DNA from: Bugula neritina
Taxonomy: Eukaryota; Animalia; Bryozoa
Direction of reading: 5' to 3'
Assembly (NCBI GenBank): GCA_964035545.1
Contig: OZ037772.1
Span: forward strand, 10,290,818 to 10,354,817
DNA length: 64,000 bases
Numbering within the stretch: position 1 is the first letter of the stretch; each line of letters starts with the position of its first letter. The position numbers and the translations under genes were made by a program. Positions 1 to 16,185 of the stretch are shown here, piece by piece. Below the pieces are notes generated by a model. That model searched no databases and was not told the DNA's origin. It worked only from the letters and a program-made list of their open reading frames with translations.

Positions 1-857
1 TACATTAACCGAAAGTTGTGCTGCCTTCGACTCAATAGCGATGTGAAGAGCAGATTACTCTTACACTACAATTCTTTCTCAACAGTAATATTATAATAAC
101 TATTATCCATCAGTTATTAAAAGCTGATGGTTACACATTTCTTTATTCAAAATCTTAAGCATGCGTAAAAATTGTTTATTAGATTACGTTGGCAGCTGTA
201 TATCCCAAGAGGAGTAAAATAGGTTGGCCAAAAAGTCACAAATCTGTGCGTTAACCATCTAACACTGGCGTGCACTTTTTTTCTTTGTTACTGCATTGAG
301 TTATACTATATTATATACTTGAAATAAGTTGTAGAGTGAGTGGAGTCAGTAAACCATTTTCTTTAATTGGCTTTGTATTTTATATGCAGAATATGATATC
401 GTATGACTATAACGAGTAGCATGTTATGGCGAAGGTATATAGAAGCTTATAAGATTCATAAACAGGTATTTTATAGTTGTGTATTTTACTTTTTATATCA
501 AAAGCATATCATGTAACCTGCCAGTATATTAACATATCCCAATCGTTGTCACATACTGGAGACCATTATAAACCAACAACCAATAGAATGAAACTTGCTT
601 ATCATTGGTATTTGCCATCATTGACCTAGTTTAAATACAAACCAATCAGAATTGATTTAAATACTGAGATTTATTTACAATAATACAGAAGTCATAAACT
701 CTAAATGATAAAAACTATAGTAGGCTATATAATATAACTATAATAAATTATCCAGCACTTTGACACAATGTCCGCTGTGACTTAGTGCACTCTGTTTATC
801 ACACTGACTAGGTTGAGACGGGTACAAGTTTCTCATACAGTACAATACTAGATAGCC

Positions 858-2840
858 TCAGCTCCCCTTGGCTACTTTCTTCAACTGGTGCCACCACTCC
901 AAACTCTTATTGTTGGTATTGAGAGAATGCTGAAGCTCTCTCCAATGTTCAGCTCCTCTCTTGTCACCGTCTGCACTGATGTACACTCTACCAACCACCT
1001 GTCAAGTAATGTCAGTGTGCGTTTATAGTGAGTGAGCAGGTGCCCAGCAGGTACCATGGATGGATGATTATTAGAAACTGAGCAAATAGTGACTAAATTG
1101 CTGAGCATTTTTGTTCAAGATATTAATTATAACGAAAAAATTTTTTCCAAGTCTACCAAAATTTTGATGAAGATAAAATTTAAACAGCAATTATTTTTAA
1201 AGTATATTCTTAGATAAAAGGCAACCGACCATAGCAATATAACTCAAGTGTTCAAGTGAGTCTAAATGACTTAAACTCAGCCTTAACATAGCTCGAGTTT
1301 CCAGGTTATGCTATAGAAATGTTGATATATGAAATAATATCTACAGAACAGCGGAACCCCTTGGTAGACGCCCTCACCTCATAACTACTGATTTTCACTT
1401 TACACAAGTCTACGACTATACTCATATCAGCTAAGTTCACATGTTGAGGCAGAGCTAGAACTATCTCCTGGTTGAAGAGTGGATTAGTAGTCACTTTGAT
1501 GTTATCTATAGTACGTTTCTTCTTCAACTTCTTTCCATCTTCTAGCACCGTCACTCTTACCGTTAGGCCTGAAATATTTTTAAAAATTAAGAGTTTGAGT
1601 ATCTGATAATTATAAAATATATCATATTCCTATAAAATATATCATATATCTCTAACAGGAATTGGTCCCCACCAGGAGTCGCACCACAGACTTCCGGCTT
1701 ACAAGTAAGCACGCTACCATTGCACCACAGGGGCTGTTGATTCAACTCAACAATACGTCCCACCCAGTTCTTTAAAACTCTGCTGGCTCTTCTACTACTG
1801 CCTCACACACCCCCTCTTCCCCCCCGGTCTTTCAATCACCTCGGATTACTATAACTGCTGTAAAACTTTACGAGAGGTTGAAATAACATGTAAAACTTTT
1901 TCCCCCACTAGGATTTAAACCTAAGACGAGTCCTCGGAGTTGGAAGCAGGTATGCTACCATTGCACCACATGGGGCTCTCTTTCATTATCCTTTCAAAAT
2001 TAAACCCTTTTTACACTTGAAAACAATTTCAAAATCTGACTGTTAAGCATGGAATATATTAGAAAACTTTAAAAGTTTGATTATCCAATAATTATAAAAT
2101 ATACATCACTCTCTTTTACATGCACTTTAGTAAAAATTATATATTTCTCACATTAATACAGCTCTTAAAGCGTCAACTATCGTTGAAGTTGCTTACCCAG
2201 TACTGCGATTTCGTCTTCTATGTGTAAATCTTTTGCTTTAGCAAAGAAAAAGGTGAGCGTAAGATTATCTTTAGCCTTTGTGCTCTTCATGGAAAACAGC
2301 AGCTCTCCGACATAATTCTAAAGGATAATTTGTAAAACATATACAATAATATAAATAAATAAATAAATAAAGTCCTGTACACATATATACTCTGCAGTTT
2401 GCAGCATTTATTATATATTTACATTTCTTTTGCATACATTATAAACACATTTCATATAGCTACATAAAAACGTATTAATTTATGATGAATGCAACACACA
2501 CAGGTGCATTGCATATGCATAATGTATATACTATAATATTAAATGTTATATTCATTATTATATGTAGTTTTATTTTATTTAGAATACTGTATTCACTGTA
2601 TACTGTGATTTTTAAATAATGAAACATACTCACCTCTTCGTGGTCATGTGACTCAGGTAGACATCTGTCAATGTGTTTCTCTACATACAATGACTCATCA
2701 TGTGGCAGACTATTTAAACGCAGTTGGACAACTCCAACCTTCTCCGTCTTCACAAACTGATCGTAGTCATACAGGTGACATAACAGATGTTTCCCTGAGA
2801 GATCGTCTAATTGAATACAGAACACCAGAGTTTTGTGATT
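858..2840 (-). CDS. Synaptotagmin-type tandem C2-domain protein, 3' part only (second half of C2A plus complete C2B); 5' exons not identified
   Basis: Four phase-compatible AG/GT exons: 2840-2634 (NHKTLVFCIQLDDLSGKHLLCHLYDYDQFVKTEKVGVVQL), 2317-2197 (NYVGELLFSM...LTLTFFFAKAKDL), 1568-1378 (VRVTVLEDGKKLKKKRT...TNPLFNQEI), 998-858 (VVGRVYI...GAEHWREL...WWHQL, TGA). GELLFS, the polybasic KKKxT, NPxFN and HW...WHxL motifs are typical of synaptotagmin C2B. Confidence 0.85.
1663..1736 (-). mobile_element. tRNA-derived SINE head / tRNA pseudogene
   Basis: The minus strand reads GCCCCTGTGGTGCAATGGTAGCGTGCTTACTTGTAAG...GGTGCGACTCCTGGTGGGG, with an A box and a degenerate B box. Related copies lie at about 1900, 18500 and 32140. 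Confidence 0.65.
1901..1978 (-). mobile_element. tRNA-derived SINE head, degenerate
   Basis: Shares TGTGGTGCAATGGTAGC and a decayed B box (GGTTTAAATCC) with the 1663-1736 element. Confidence 0.55.
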
Positions 2841-2943
2841 CTAGTAATGATACAGTCGAGTGATAACACTCATTTCACAAGCATGTAACAGAAACAAAAA
2901 TCGACATAATAGGTGGGATGATAAACACCGAATACAGTGTACT

Positions 2944-3052
2944 ACTGTACTTACTTAGTAAATACTATACCACTGTACTTACTTAGTAAATACTATACCA
3001 CTGTACTTACTTAGTATATACTATACAACTGTACTTACTTAGTAAATACTCT
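2944..3052. repeat. 28-bp minisatellite, about 4 copies (ACTGTACTTACTTAGTAAATACTATACC)
   Basis: Direct tandem repetition visible in the sequence, between the last PTGES2 exon and the first C2 exon. Confidence 0.9.
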
Positions 3053-3066
3053 ATCACAGCACTTAC

Positions 3067-5998
<2,932 letters not shown>

Positions 5999-7181
5999 CT
6001 TTGTTAAATGTACGAATTTGATCAGCTGTAGTAGCCTTCGCTTGATAAATACTCTACCCTTACAAATTGTGAAACTGGCTTAGGTAAATATTTAGAGGCA
6101 ACTTTAGGCTATTTAGGGTACATTAAGGTCGTTTTTAAGACGCGTATATCAGCAACTACCCGGCGTCTTTAAAGACGCAAATAGTTCTGTGTTATGTAAT
6201 ACTCGCATTCAGGTAGAGCACAACTCCTTCTTATTTGCGCAGAGGCGAGTCAAACAGTGCACTAGCTCCGGTGTGATGTAAGATTATCCCAATAAACTAA
6301 AACTTCTTATAGTTGTAATTATAGTTCAATAATTATACCCTTTGAAGAGCATTCTCCGTAATGATTATAGATCAATAAACACACTAGAGACTCAGATCAA
6401 AATAATAATAGCTATAGCTATAATAGTTTAAGAATTATACTAAAAAGCAAGTTTTTGCTGATAGGTTTAATAATTGGTGTATTTTTTATCAGCAACCAGA
6501 GAAAGTTGATAAAATACATCCAGCTGAATTTGTAGCCCAAGTTTGATTAATGAAGGATGTCATTAACCCTTCAAGATTTCCAATGTCAATTCAAAAAGAA
6601 ACACTATTATGCAAAATTAATAGATATATGTGTAACTAAATTGTGTAAATTAACAAAATTATGGGTATACATAAAAAATACAATATATTCAAATTGGAAA
6701 TGCATAGTTTACAAAAAATAGACCAAACATCTGTATCATATGAAATGCGCTAGAAATGAAAAATTAAGAAAATGTTATATAAGTAATGAGAGACTGCACA
6801 ATATTCTGTTAGAAGCATGTAAATTATAGTCCGAGTTTCAAGTCAACTGGTGAATAGAAAATTAGAATGAGCAGTAATACTATAGTGAAAGGACAGATTC
6901 AGTCTATGAACTAACCAGGGATAGTTTCTAGAGAAGAGAATTCCTCTAGCATGTCTAAAAATAGTACATGAAAGCTACAATAATGATTATACAGTGAACA
7001 ACATAAGCTAATTTACATAAACCAGACTTTGGTGTTCAGAAAAAATAACAGTGAAACTATATACTACGTATACCCCATAATCTACGTCTTAGATTTGTTC
7101 TTGATTGAAATAATATAGACTGAAAGCAAAGTATAAGCTGCACAGCATAAATTATCTGACATAATATATATGTCTACTATA

Positions 7182-7509
7182 CGCTACACTACACTACACT
7201 GCACTGCACTGCGCTGCGCTGCGCTGCACTGCACTGCACTGCACTGCACTGCACTGCACTGCACTGCACTGCACTGCACTGCACTACACTACACTACACT
7301 ACACTGCACTGCACTGCGCTGCGCTGCGCTGCACTGCACTGCACTGCACTGCACTGTACTGTACTGTATTATATATACTACACTATACTATACTATATAC
7401 TGTACTATACTATATACTATACTATACTATACTATACTATATACTATATACTATATACTATACTATACTATACTATACTATATACTATATACTATATTAT
7501 ACTATACTA
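7182..7509. repeat. Compound pentanucleotide microsatellite (CACTA/CACTG/CGCTG/TACTA)
   Basis: Directly visible; it generates the spurious ORF 7170-7607. Confidence 0.97.
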
Positions 7510-7587
7510 TGTGGTCCCCTTGGTCACCTTTCACCACTGGTGGCGGGATACTATCCTATATACTATATAACACACTTACGTCTACTA

Positions 7588-7636
7588 ATTTCTATCAGCT
7601 GAAGTGAAACTGAACTAATAGGGTCAGTAATTGCTG
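7588..7636 (+). pseudogene. Inverted fragment of the TRIM terminal exon end and 3' UTR start
   Basis: TTCTATCAGCTGAAGTGAAACTGAACTAATAG...GGGTCAGTAATT matches the FYQLK-stop ending and the downstream sequence of the minus-strand array genes, but on the + strand. Confidence 0.6.
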
Positions 7637-10600
7637 TGGGAGATATGGAGTCCTACTTCATGTTTCTATTGTACTTGTTGACCATGCTTAGTAGTTCTTT
7701 CACTATCCGAACTATATCATTATATCATTCTGCTACATTCAATGCCACTCACCACGTCTCCGATGCTTCGTAATTATGCTAATGGAGGTTTTTCATTTTA
7801 TGCAAAGGAACATTATCAATGGAATAAAATCACAACCCATGTGCTGCATTTAGTTGATCAACAATTGCGGACAAGTAGCATCTCTCGATGGTGGCCGGTT
7901 CCAATAGTTCAAGGTCACATGATGAACTCGTCTTAAGTTTCAATAGAATCTAAGCACACTAATTTTTAGCTCATGATCATTTATCTAATTACATATGATC
8001 AATGGCTTATTTCAAATAGCAAGAATTTCGCATGCATAATGCACAGGACAAACTAAATGCTGAAGCAGTGTGGCTCATTATCAGTGGCCAGGGTGTTAAA
8101 AATTTGGTTAGAATATGATATGAATTGACTACTAATGTATTAGTGCTTTGTAATCCATCCATGAGAATCTATTTGATGTATGGAAACATGGTGACAATGT
8201 CATTTTTCAGATGTTATATTCTACTTTAAACCAATAATTAGTTCAATCACAAAGCAAAAATTAAATGGAAAAACTATAAATATTTAGCCATTCAATTCTC
8301 AGTTCATTTTGAAGTTCAATAGACGGCTTTCTTTGGAGCTCAATCTTATTGTTACTGATGTGTTTTTAAAAGGTATTGCTAACTTATACTAACTTATTAT
8401 AGAACAGTAACTACCTGCATTATCATATTGTATAGCATTGTATTGTGTTTTATTGTATAGCATTGTATTGTATTTTATTGTATAGCATTGCATTGTATTT
8501 ATCAATTTCTTCCACCAATTAAAGAGAAAGTGACTTATTACTATAGTAAATATCACCCAAATATATTTATTATTTCTACTGTAGTATTACTAAAATGTGA
8601 ACAGCTCCATGAAGTGTTGTTTGTATATGTTGAGTTAAAATACATGAATATTGTAGCAGAGGTAGCATGTAACAGTGTTGATTATTAAATAGACAGAACA
8701 TGTCTTCTAATATATTTTCTATAACTATACTCAGATTAAACATACTTCCTTCTCACTGCTTAAACAGCTCTGGCCTATACTATTATAAGATAACTCACCA
8801 CAGTATATACAACTCTAATTAATAGCGACTATAATAATATTATGCTTTGTACAATGTTTACTATAGTAGAGATGAAAGGTTACAAGAAGCACACAAAAGG
8901 TTATACTAAAGCATTAAATTTTATACCATATGGTCTGATATATAATATAACATGTCAGTTTGATTGTTGTAGCTGCATGAAATTCAGTTTGAGTTTGTAA
9001 AAATGTTTAAAGAGTTTTGGTGAACAGAATGTGATGGTTGAAAAAACTTTATCTGAAACTTGTTTCTTTTGCAAAGCAGACACTGTTTTGGCTTCATCTC
9101 TGCTTTTATGTATTATATAAATTTAAATTATAAGTAACGATCCCATTACTGAAAAAGAATAATATCTCTGTATGTCAATACTTTGTAGATAGAAATTGTT
9201 TGCTTTTTCACCAAATGAAGGGTAGTTCAAGTTTGTAGAACAATCATATCTTTTGTAGAATAAGCTTTTTAGTGAAAGTTTTAATTCCAGCTTATAATAG
9301 CACTGAATAGTACGCTGTATAATAAGCTGGAGAAGAGAAAGCAGTTTAGCTGCACTCAAATTATTAGTATGGCAATATAATCTCTAGAAAAAAAGCTAGT
9401 CATTTGCATTATGATCTTTTCCACATTGTTTTATAAAGAGAATTTTTTCAGAGTAATAGAAACAGTTTATACTAATTTAAAATTGATTGTTTATGAACTA
9501 CTAACTAATTCCTATTTGTAACGTGTCTAATTATAGATGTGTGATATTTTATAGAAGGTGATAATAAAAATACTAAAGGATATTAAAAGTAAAACCGGAT
9601 ATAATTTTGGGATTTCTCTTTATTAACTGAAGAACCAATTGCTAAATAAAAATCAATCTAATCTTCATTAAATGAGCTGCTTATTGTAAGGAAATAATGT
9701 GCTATTTCTTGCTACTGATTATAATTTCATACCACAGCTGAAAACAGTTTCACATCATATCATATCTCAACGCAACACAGCAATCTGTATATATTATTAG
9801 CAAAATCTGATGCATTAGTAATTTCTAAGACAGCAAACATAGACACAAATAATTGGGCTTGATATAATTGCAAATAACAAAAGTTTAGTCAAGATAGAAA
9901 ATAATAGGAAATTGAGTGAAAATTTTGCAAATTTAAAGTACATAATATATATGTAGCCACAACCAATAAGATTATTATATAAAGTTTACATATTTGTAGA
10001 AATAGATTGTGTATAATTGATATAACACACAATAGCCTGGATTTTCCGGTATATAATGCACCAGTACAAGAACTTGAGTGATAATGATTGAATTGAAAAT
10101 AGTGCTTGTAAAATTTTTGACGGATCACGTGGTTATAGCCTGTCTAGTAGTCCACTGTGAAGTAGAAAGTTAAACATGCAGACGACTATAGTGAAGTGAA
10201 CTGACTTAGTTGACTGATTAAAGCAGAGATGTACTGGGAAGGTAACTCCATATGTATGACTCAACACGTTGTGTTCTACAAAGCATAGCAGAGATGTCTA
10301 GTATATACAATATCTGACATGTTATAATAACATAATACTATGAGACATTAGTATACGTTGTATGCATTATAAACAGTTGTTTTATAATTTAACTATTGAT
10401 TGATAACCAATCAGGGGAGATAACTGGTAATAATGTGCACACTACTATATAGTTGACCAACAATATTATCATAATACTATAGAGAGTCATAATATTTCTA
10501 TGCAATAAAATGCAATACAACACACAATATTATACAACAAGATGCAATGTAAAACTATTCAATACAAAGCAGCATTAGAAAGATGAATTAGAAAGGCACT

Positions 10601-10660
10601 CAGTACCTCTCACAACATTTACTAACCTTTATTAGAGTATCCCAGTCATTTAGTTCACCT

Positions 10661-13600
10661 TCACTTCAACTGATAGAATTTGACTTGTCCATTAGAATAC
10701 CATACTGGAACTACTAGAGTTGAGCCAGTGATGTGGAGATCAGGTATGTATAAAATGTTTTCAGTTATAAATATCCTGGTTAGTAACTTGCCTGTTGAGA
10801 TAAAATACAAAATGTTCTTTTTTTAGGAATCAAAGATAATATAAAGAGAGTGCAGTTTATTTGCAGCAAATAACTATAAATATGAATGAACTCATTTCAT
10901 CATATTATAACACGTATATTTCATACACTATATGTATTCTACACAGTAACTAACCTGTATGTAATGATAGTACACAGAATGAGGTATGTTTAGTAACATC
11001 AGCCACAACTACAAACTCATCTCTATAGCAGGTCACTCCACGAGGTTTAGTCACATCCTTACACTGCCAGATGATGTCACCTGATGAGGTGTCTACTTTG
11101 TATACTAGAGATGAGTTATACTGAGATATAATAATTGAGTTGTTATCTGCAGCAGACAGACGTACAATAGTATCAGTGAATAGAGGACAAGGTAGAGTGT
11201 TTACTACCTCCCCATTCAGAGAGTAGAATACTAGAGTTTTATTCAGCCTGTCAGGAATAGCTATCTGATTGTTTATAATGGCAAGCTGATATATCCACAA
11301 GAGTTTATTATCTGTATGAGTCCAGCTGTTAATGGACCTCCCTTCAAGGTCATGAACTCTTACAGTTGAATCAGAAGACAGAGTATATATCCTATCATTA
11401 TGTACTGAGATACTCCTCACACTGCTACCTTTAATAGAGATGAATGATTTAGTAACTCTGTTGTTCTCATCTATCCTGTCTACACCTTCATCACACCCAG
11501 CATATGTGACACCTTTATAGGTGTGAACAGACCTGCAGTATGGAGAAACTTCAACAGCTTTTATCAGTTCTACAGGCCTGGGTGGTGGAGGTGAGAGAAC
11601 CAGTCCTTGTTCAGGAGTTATACTTGCTGTCCTTTCATTGGTCAGCTCAATCTCTGTATTTCTTTGCTCCTCTGTGATAAAAATATTGACGTGCATGACA
11701 TGGTAATATAATATAAAACAGCTGATACATCAGAAAAGCTAGCAGATAAGTGCATAGCTATAGCACACTGCAATGATCATGCACTTTTCATTTAAAAAAT
11801 TATTATTATAATTTTGGCTTTTTAAACCAGATTATTTTTATGGAAAGCTACTATTGAAAAAAGTTTACTGCGGAAAAAAATCAGCAGCTGCATTCATGTC
11901 AACAAATTATTAAAATCAATTCTAATGATATTCTATTTTAGTAATATACTACTATATTAAATTAGGTTATGTTCACCAAAAACTTGTACTAGTATTCTCC
12001 AAGAGTAAGCACAGCTATTGCACAAATGTGTAAATCTATAGAATAGTTGAGAGAAGCTTACAGATGGGGGATATGTAGGCCACTCCCTCCTCAGTGTAAA
12101 TTAAACACTAAAGATTCCCACTACCATTATTTACCTTACAACTTGGTTTAATAGTATATTCTAGGGGTGTAGTGTACGTGGTAATAATACAAACTCAGTT
12201 TTGGATAATAATATAGTGCCTTCATCATGGTAAATTAAAAGGTTATGTATGATGTATTCTCATAAATAATATTTTAATATTATTTATAAAAATACATTAG
12301 TAAAATACCAGATGATGAAAATGTAACAGTTTGAAACATAGCTATAGCTTACATACATATATACCCCAAATTCAAGTCAAAATATGATTACTTGATTATG
12401 TTATTTATATACAGGTAGATAAAACATGTCATAAAAAGGAACATTGTTTATAGTTCTATTCAATATCTTGTTTTAAAGTTTTTTACATGGAGAACATATA
12501 AAACCAACCTTTCACTTCCGCAGATGTTACAAGACCAAACCGTGTCAACTTAGGAATCTCTTCTGTCAGCAGTCTATCAATCTCCTTCTTCATATCACGA
12601 TATGACTTGATGATGTCAACCTAACAATATTATAATACAGACAATGTGACACTGTGTAGCAGGTGTTATAGAGTTGTCTGCTGTTAGAGAATGCCAGTGT
12701 TGAGTATGAACAATGAGATCAACAACAATGCTATATTTGACACACACAAAACCATCTAAAAAGCAGCAGTGCAATGCAAAATGTTGAAGAACAGAGAGTG
12801 CAATGCGGTATTAGAGAAACAGACATCTACAGACTAAGCCTTGGGCTGCAAAGTAGCAAAGGTGTCGACTGTAGCGTCAGTGATGCGTGATAAATAAAGC
12901 TTTCATTTTTAAATCGCACTCGCTTTCAATAGAACGCAATTTACTGGAATGTAGCACTAAATTAAAGAAATTGGGCTCGCTGAATAGCTACCAGCCAATT
13001 AGGTGACGATGGCAGAGACGATTCGCACTTGTTGCTCAGCATTTTCAACGCAAGTTCGAACGTTTTCTCAACACCTTTGCTACTTGTGATTTTAATTTTC
13101 GCGTGCGAAAATACGCACTGTGTGGCCCTAGGCTAATGGGTGTAGTTTATGCTAATAAACGGTACTCTTAAGGAACACAGATTTCAAATTTGACAGTGTG
13201 CTATATGGTATTAAATACAGTATCCTAATATAGTAATATAAAGTATGCTATAGCATTGTAAACTGTCCTATAGTAATATACAGCGTCATATTATGGTGTT
13301 ATACTAAAGCATCCTGCATACGTATTACACAGTATTCTATGGCATTATACAGTATTTCATAGTATTATACATGCAGTATTCTAGAGTACTATACAGTATT
13401 ATATATTATAGGTATCATGGTATTATTGTATTATACAGTATCCTACGGTATTATAATACAGTGTCATATCGTGTTAGTACCAGGTGTCAAACATTTTCAG
13501 ACTGAGGGCAACTGAAATAGAGTACTCTGATGACGGAGGCCACTCTGTAAAATTTAGCTTGAGCTGGGGTCATATTGACAGTATTTTCAAATTACTTCAT

Positions 13601-16185
13601 TTAAAATTTTTATAAATGTTAAACAATGAAGTCCCATTAACTCCTACAGGCTGCATGTTTTAGCACGTACACAAACAACATTTAAAAGGTAACTTTTCCA
13701 TTCTAATTCATATATATCTGAGCAAAACTAATTTATGTTTATGTCTTTGAGGGTGACATAAATATTGAACATGCAACCCTACGTTATACAGCATGATATG
13801 TTATAGTATAGTTTCATTACTGCCTTTACTGGTTATTACCTGATTCACCTCCTGTTCACACATTACCGTATAGGACATTGTAACGTAAAATCGCAGCCAT
13901 TATGACAAATGTCTGAGCTTCCTGCATGGTGCTACAGTACGTTAGGGTCAAGCACTGCTTGATTCAAACTAGTTGCGGCGGGTTCCTATTGGACAGAAAG
14001 ATTTTTGCGTCAGCTCATTGAATAAAATTGTCCAATGAGGTGTCTTATTATTTACCTAATAGCCGACTTAGTAAATTTCAACCGGGACACATTAAAGATA
14101 TCTGATATTATACATTACGACGTACGATACGGCAATGTGTGAACAGGGGGCCAGTTTCTACTTATGTAGTCTTTCGATGGTATTTATACAGATAAAGAGG
14201 CAGTGAATAAAGAAATTATATAAAGACATTAAAATATATAAACTGTTACAGATTTTAACATCTATGCTCTACGACTAACCTCATGACTTTGGTCTAATTT
14301 AGCCTCTATTTCTTCTCTGTGATGGTAAAGCTCACGGTATCTAAACCCCACCTCCTCTACCATGAAGTTCACTGCTTGACTCTCAGTCTTTTCTCTCTTC
14401 TCCACCAGTTCTTTCTCCAGTTTGTCATACTTCTGTTGAATAGCTGCTATCTAAATACAGTCACATTAAATGTTAGACAAGTTAGAAAAATTTGAGGAGT
14501 GTCTGAGTGTACAATCATCTTGCATCTACCAAAAAAATTATTTATCTCAGGTGGTTATACAGAAAACTATAAATAAACTCTCACAGTTTCTATATGATCT
14601 TTATAATTATCAAATTTAAAAACCATGCAATAATCACCTGATCATCACGCTGTTTACATAGCAACATCAGCAGCTTCTTGGTTTCAGTTCGAAACTCATC
14701 AATGTTTGCAGCTATCTGTTTGTAATAACCAGATAAGTCGTCTTCTCTTGTCTTCAACTTTGTGACTTCCACCAGCTGCATTGTTAAATCTTTCAATGTC
14801 AAGAGTGTATGCTGTGATGTACCTAAAGTAATATATACAAAGTAATGTATAAGCTGTTGTGTACCTGAATCATGTAATATATATAGCAAGTAAACAGAAG
14901 AATAGACACTTACCATCATCACATACACCAGCTGTAGGTACACACTGAGTACAGAGTAGTTTGAGACAGACTTTACAACCTAAAGTATACTCTACGTCTG
15001 CATGTGTCTCACACATTCTCTTCTCTAACTTAGCAGCACGAGCTTTGTATTCTGTCATATTAATTCTAGAATGTTCTTCAGACAGATTGTCATGATCCTA
15101 TTATAAATTATATATAATATGGAGTATATAGTTTGTCATTTACTATTGATATTATATATACAACATAATGTATACATTTCAATGGTTAAAATGTCATGAT
15201 GACATAGTAATGTATAAAACATATATGCAATGTTACATAATATTTTATGTAAAATAATATATACAAATATATTGTACCTACAATATATTTGTATATATAT
15301 AAAACCATATTGTACCTACAATATTATAATAACTACTATGGCAGACGTGGTAATGTATTGAAGGAATCTGTAGAGTTATGTCCCTTTGATTATAATGTCA
15401 TCCCACTTTATATTAAATTGCACCAGAGTACTTTTTCGTGAAATAAAAACCATCAACTGACTTTTCAGCAAAATTACAAGCAAAATCAAAAGCCAAATTA
15501 TTTTGCTACAAGACTGATGCTTACTCAAATTCAGCCAGTTATCAAATTATATGGCGATACAAGCAAGAGGCATGGACAAACACATAAACTAAGCATGGTT
15601 AAATTTACTTACAATGATATGCTTAGCACAAAATAGTTTGGCACAAACTAAACAATACATCAGAGCAGGTGTGTTATTTACTCCTGACTTTGTACAGACT
15701 GCACAGAGTACAGACTTATCTATCTGTTTCATCTGGTCTGCTGTTGGTAACTTATCAGGTGTTGTATTGAACACTTGCCTGTAACGTAAATAGATTAATT
15801 GTTGATACATCATTGACTAGCTATATAGTATATAAAGTAATTATATATAAAGGTTCATAGTGTAATGCTATCTCTTCTATAACCTAGTATAGCAATACAG
15901 GCACTACATATAGCATAAACACATAATTATAGTAAATAACATCATAATATTTATATTATTATGAACATTATTATAAAATATATAATAATATGTAACATAT
16001 TATTAAGTTATCATATTATTCACCTACCGACATATTCCACATTTAAGAGCTTTTAGCCTTCCATAGAATTCATTCAAACACCTGTCACAGTGTGGGTGAG
16101 TACAAGGCAATGCCTTACATTCTTCTAACTTGAGTTTAGATAAACAAATAGTACATCTTACCATTGGTTGTGGTTTAGATGCCAT
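10661..16185 (-). CDS. TRIM-like E3 ligase copy 1 (RING-HC, B-box1, B-box2, coiled coil, NHL-like beta-propeller), apparently intact, 607 aa
   Basis: Exons 16185-16028 (MASKPQPMVRCTIC...LPCTHPHCDRC...CGICR, C3HC4), 15778-15613 (CAVC...YCLVCAKLFCAKH), 15097-14914 (CETH...CKVCLKLLCTQC), 14822-14638, 14450-14280, 12620-12509, 11671-10955 (propeller; KPRGVT) and 10791-10661 (FYQLK, TGA). Total 1824 nt, with canonical splice sites and consistent phases. Confidence 0.9.
12838..13133. mobile_element. MITE with TAA target-site duplication (PIF/Harbinger/Tourist-like), intron of copy 1
   Basis: TAA|GCCTTGGGCTGCA...TGTGGCCCTAGGC|TAA; the paralogs show the empty site ACTAATGGG (e.g. 26757, 35450). Confidence 0.8.
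13848..14150. mobile_element. MITE with about 24-bp TIRs, intron of copy 1
   Basis: CCTCCTGTTCACACATTACCGTAT ... ATACGGCAATGTGTGAACAGGGGG, flanked by TCA/CCA. It is absent at the paralogous site (CCTGATTCATTTTCTAC at about 36177). Confidence 0.85.

Noticed and set aside
1-100. Short open frame on the + strand at the window edge (YINRKLCCLRL...)
   Set aside because: No recognisable motif and no start or splice context available.
881-1108. 75-aa ORF from the ORF track
   Set aside because: Wrong frame; the real C2B terminal exon (998-858) uses another frame.
1663-1736. Possible functional tRNA-Thr(TGT) gene
   Set aside because: The B box is degenerate, the stems pair poorly and there are several diverged relatives, so it is better explained as a SINE head. 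tRNAscan-SE would settle it.
2944-3052. CRISPR-like 28-bp repeats
   Set aside because: The repeats are head-to-tail without unique spacers, the context is eukaryotic, and there are no cas genes.
6212-6277. AG/GT-bounded possible + strand exon upstream of PTGES2
   Set aside because: No partner exons or recognisable protein motif.
7170-7607. 145-aa ORF with (HCTAL)n repeats ending FYQLK
   Set aside because: Translation of a microsatellite; only the last few codons derive from a TRIM exon fragment.
9889-10128. ORF repeated at 20954-21166 as a possible small conserved gene
   Set aside because: The similarity is explained by recent segmental duplication, the starts differ, and the homologous segment near 59.8-60.0 kb is not open.
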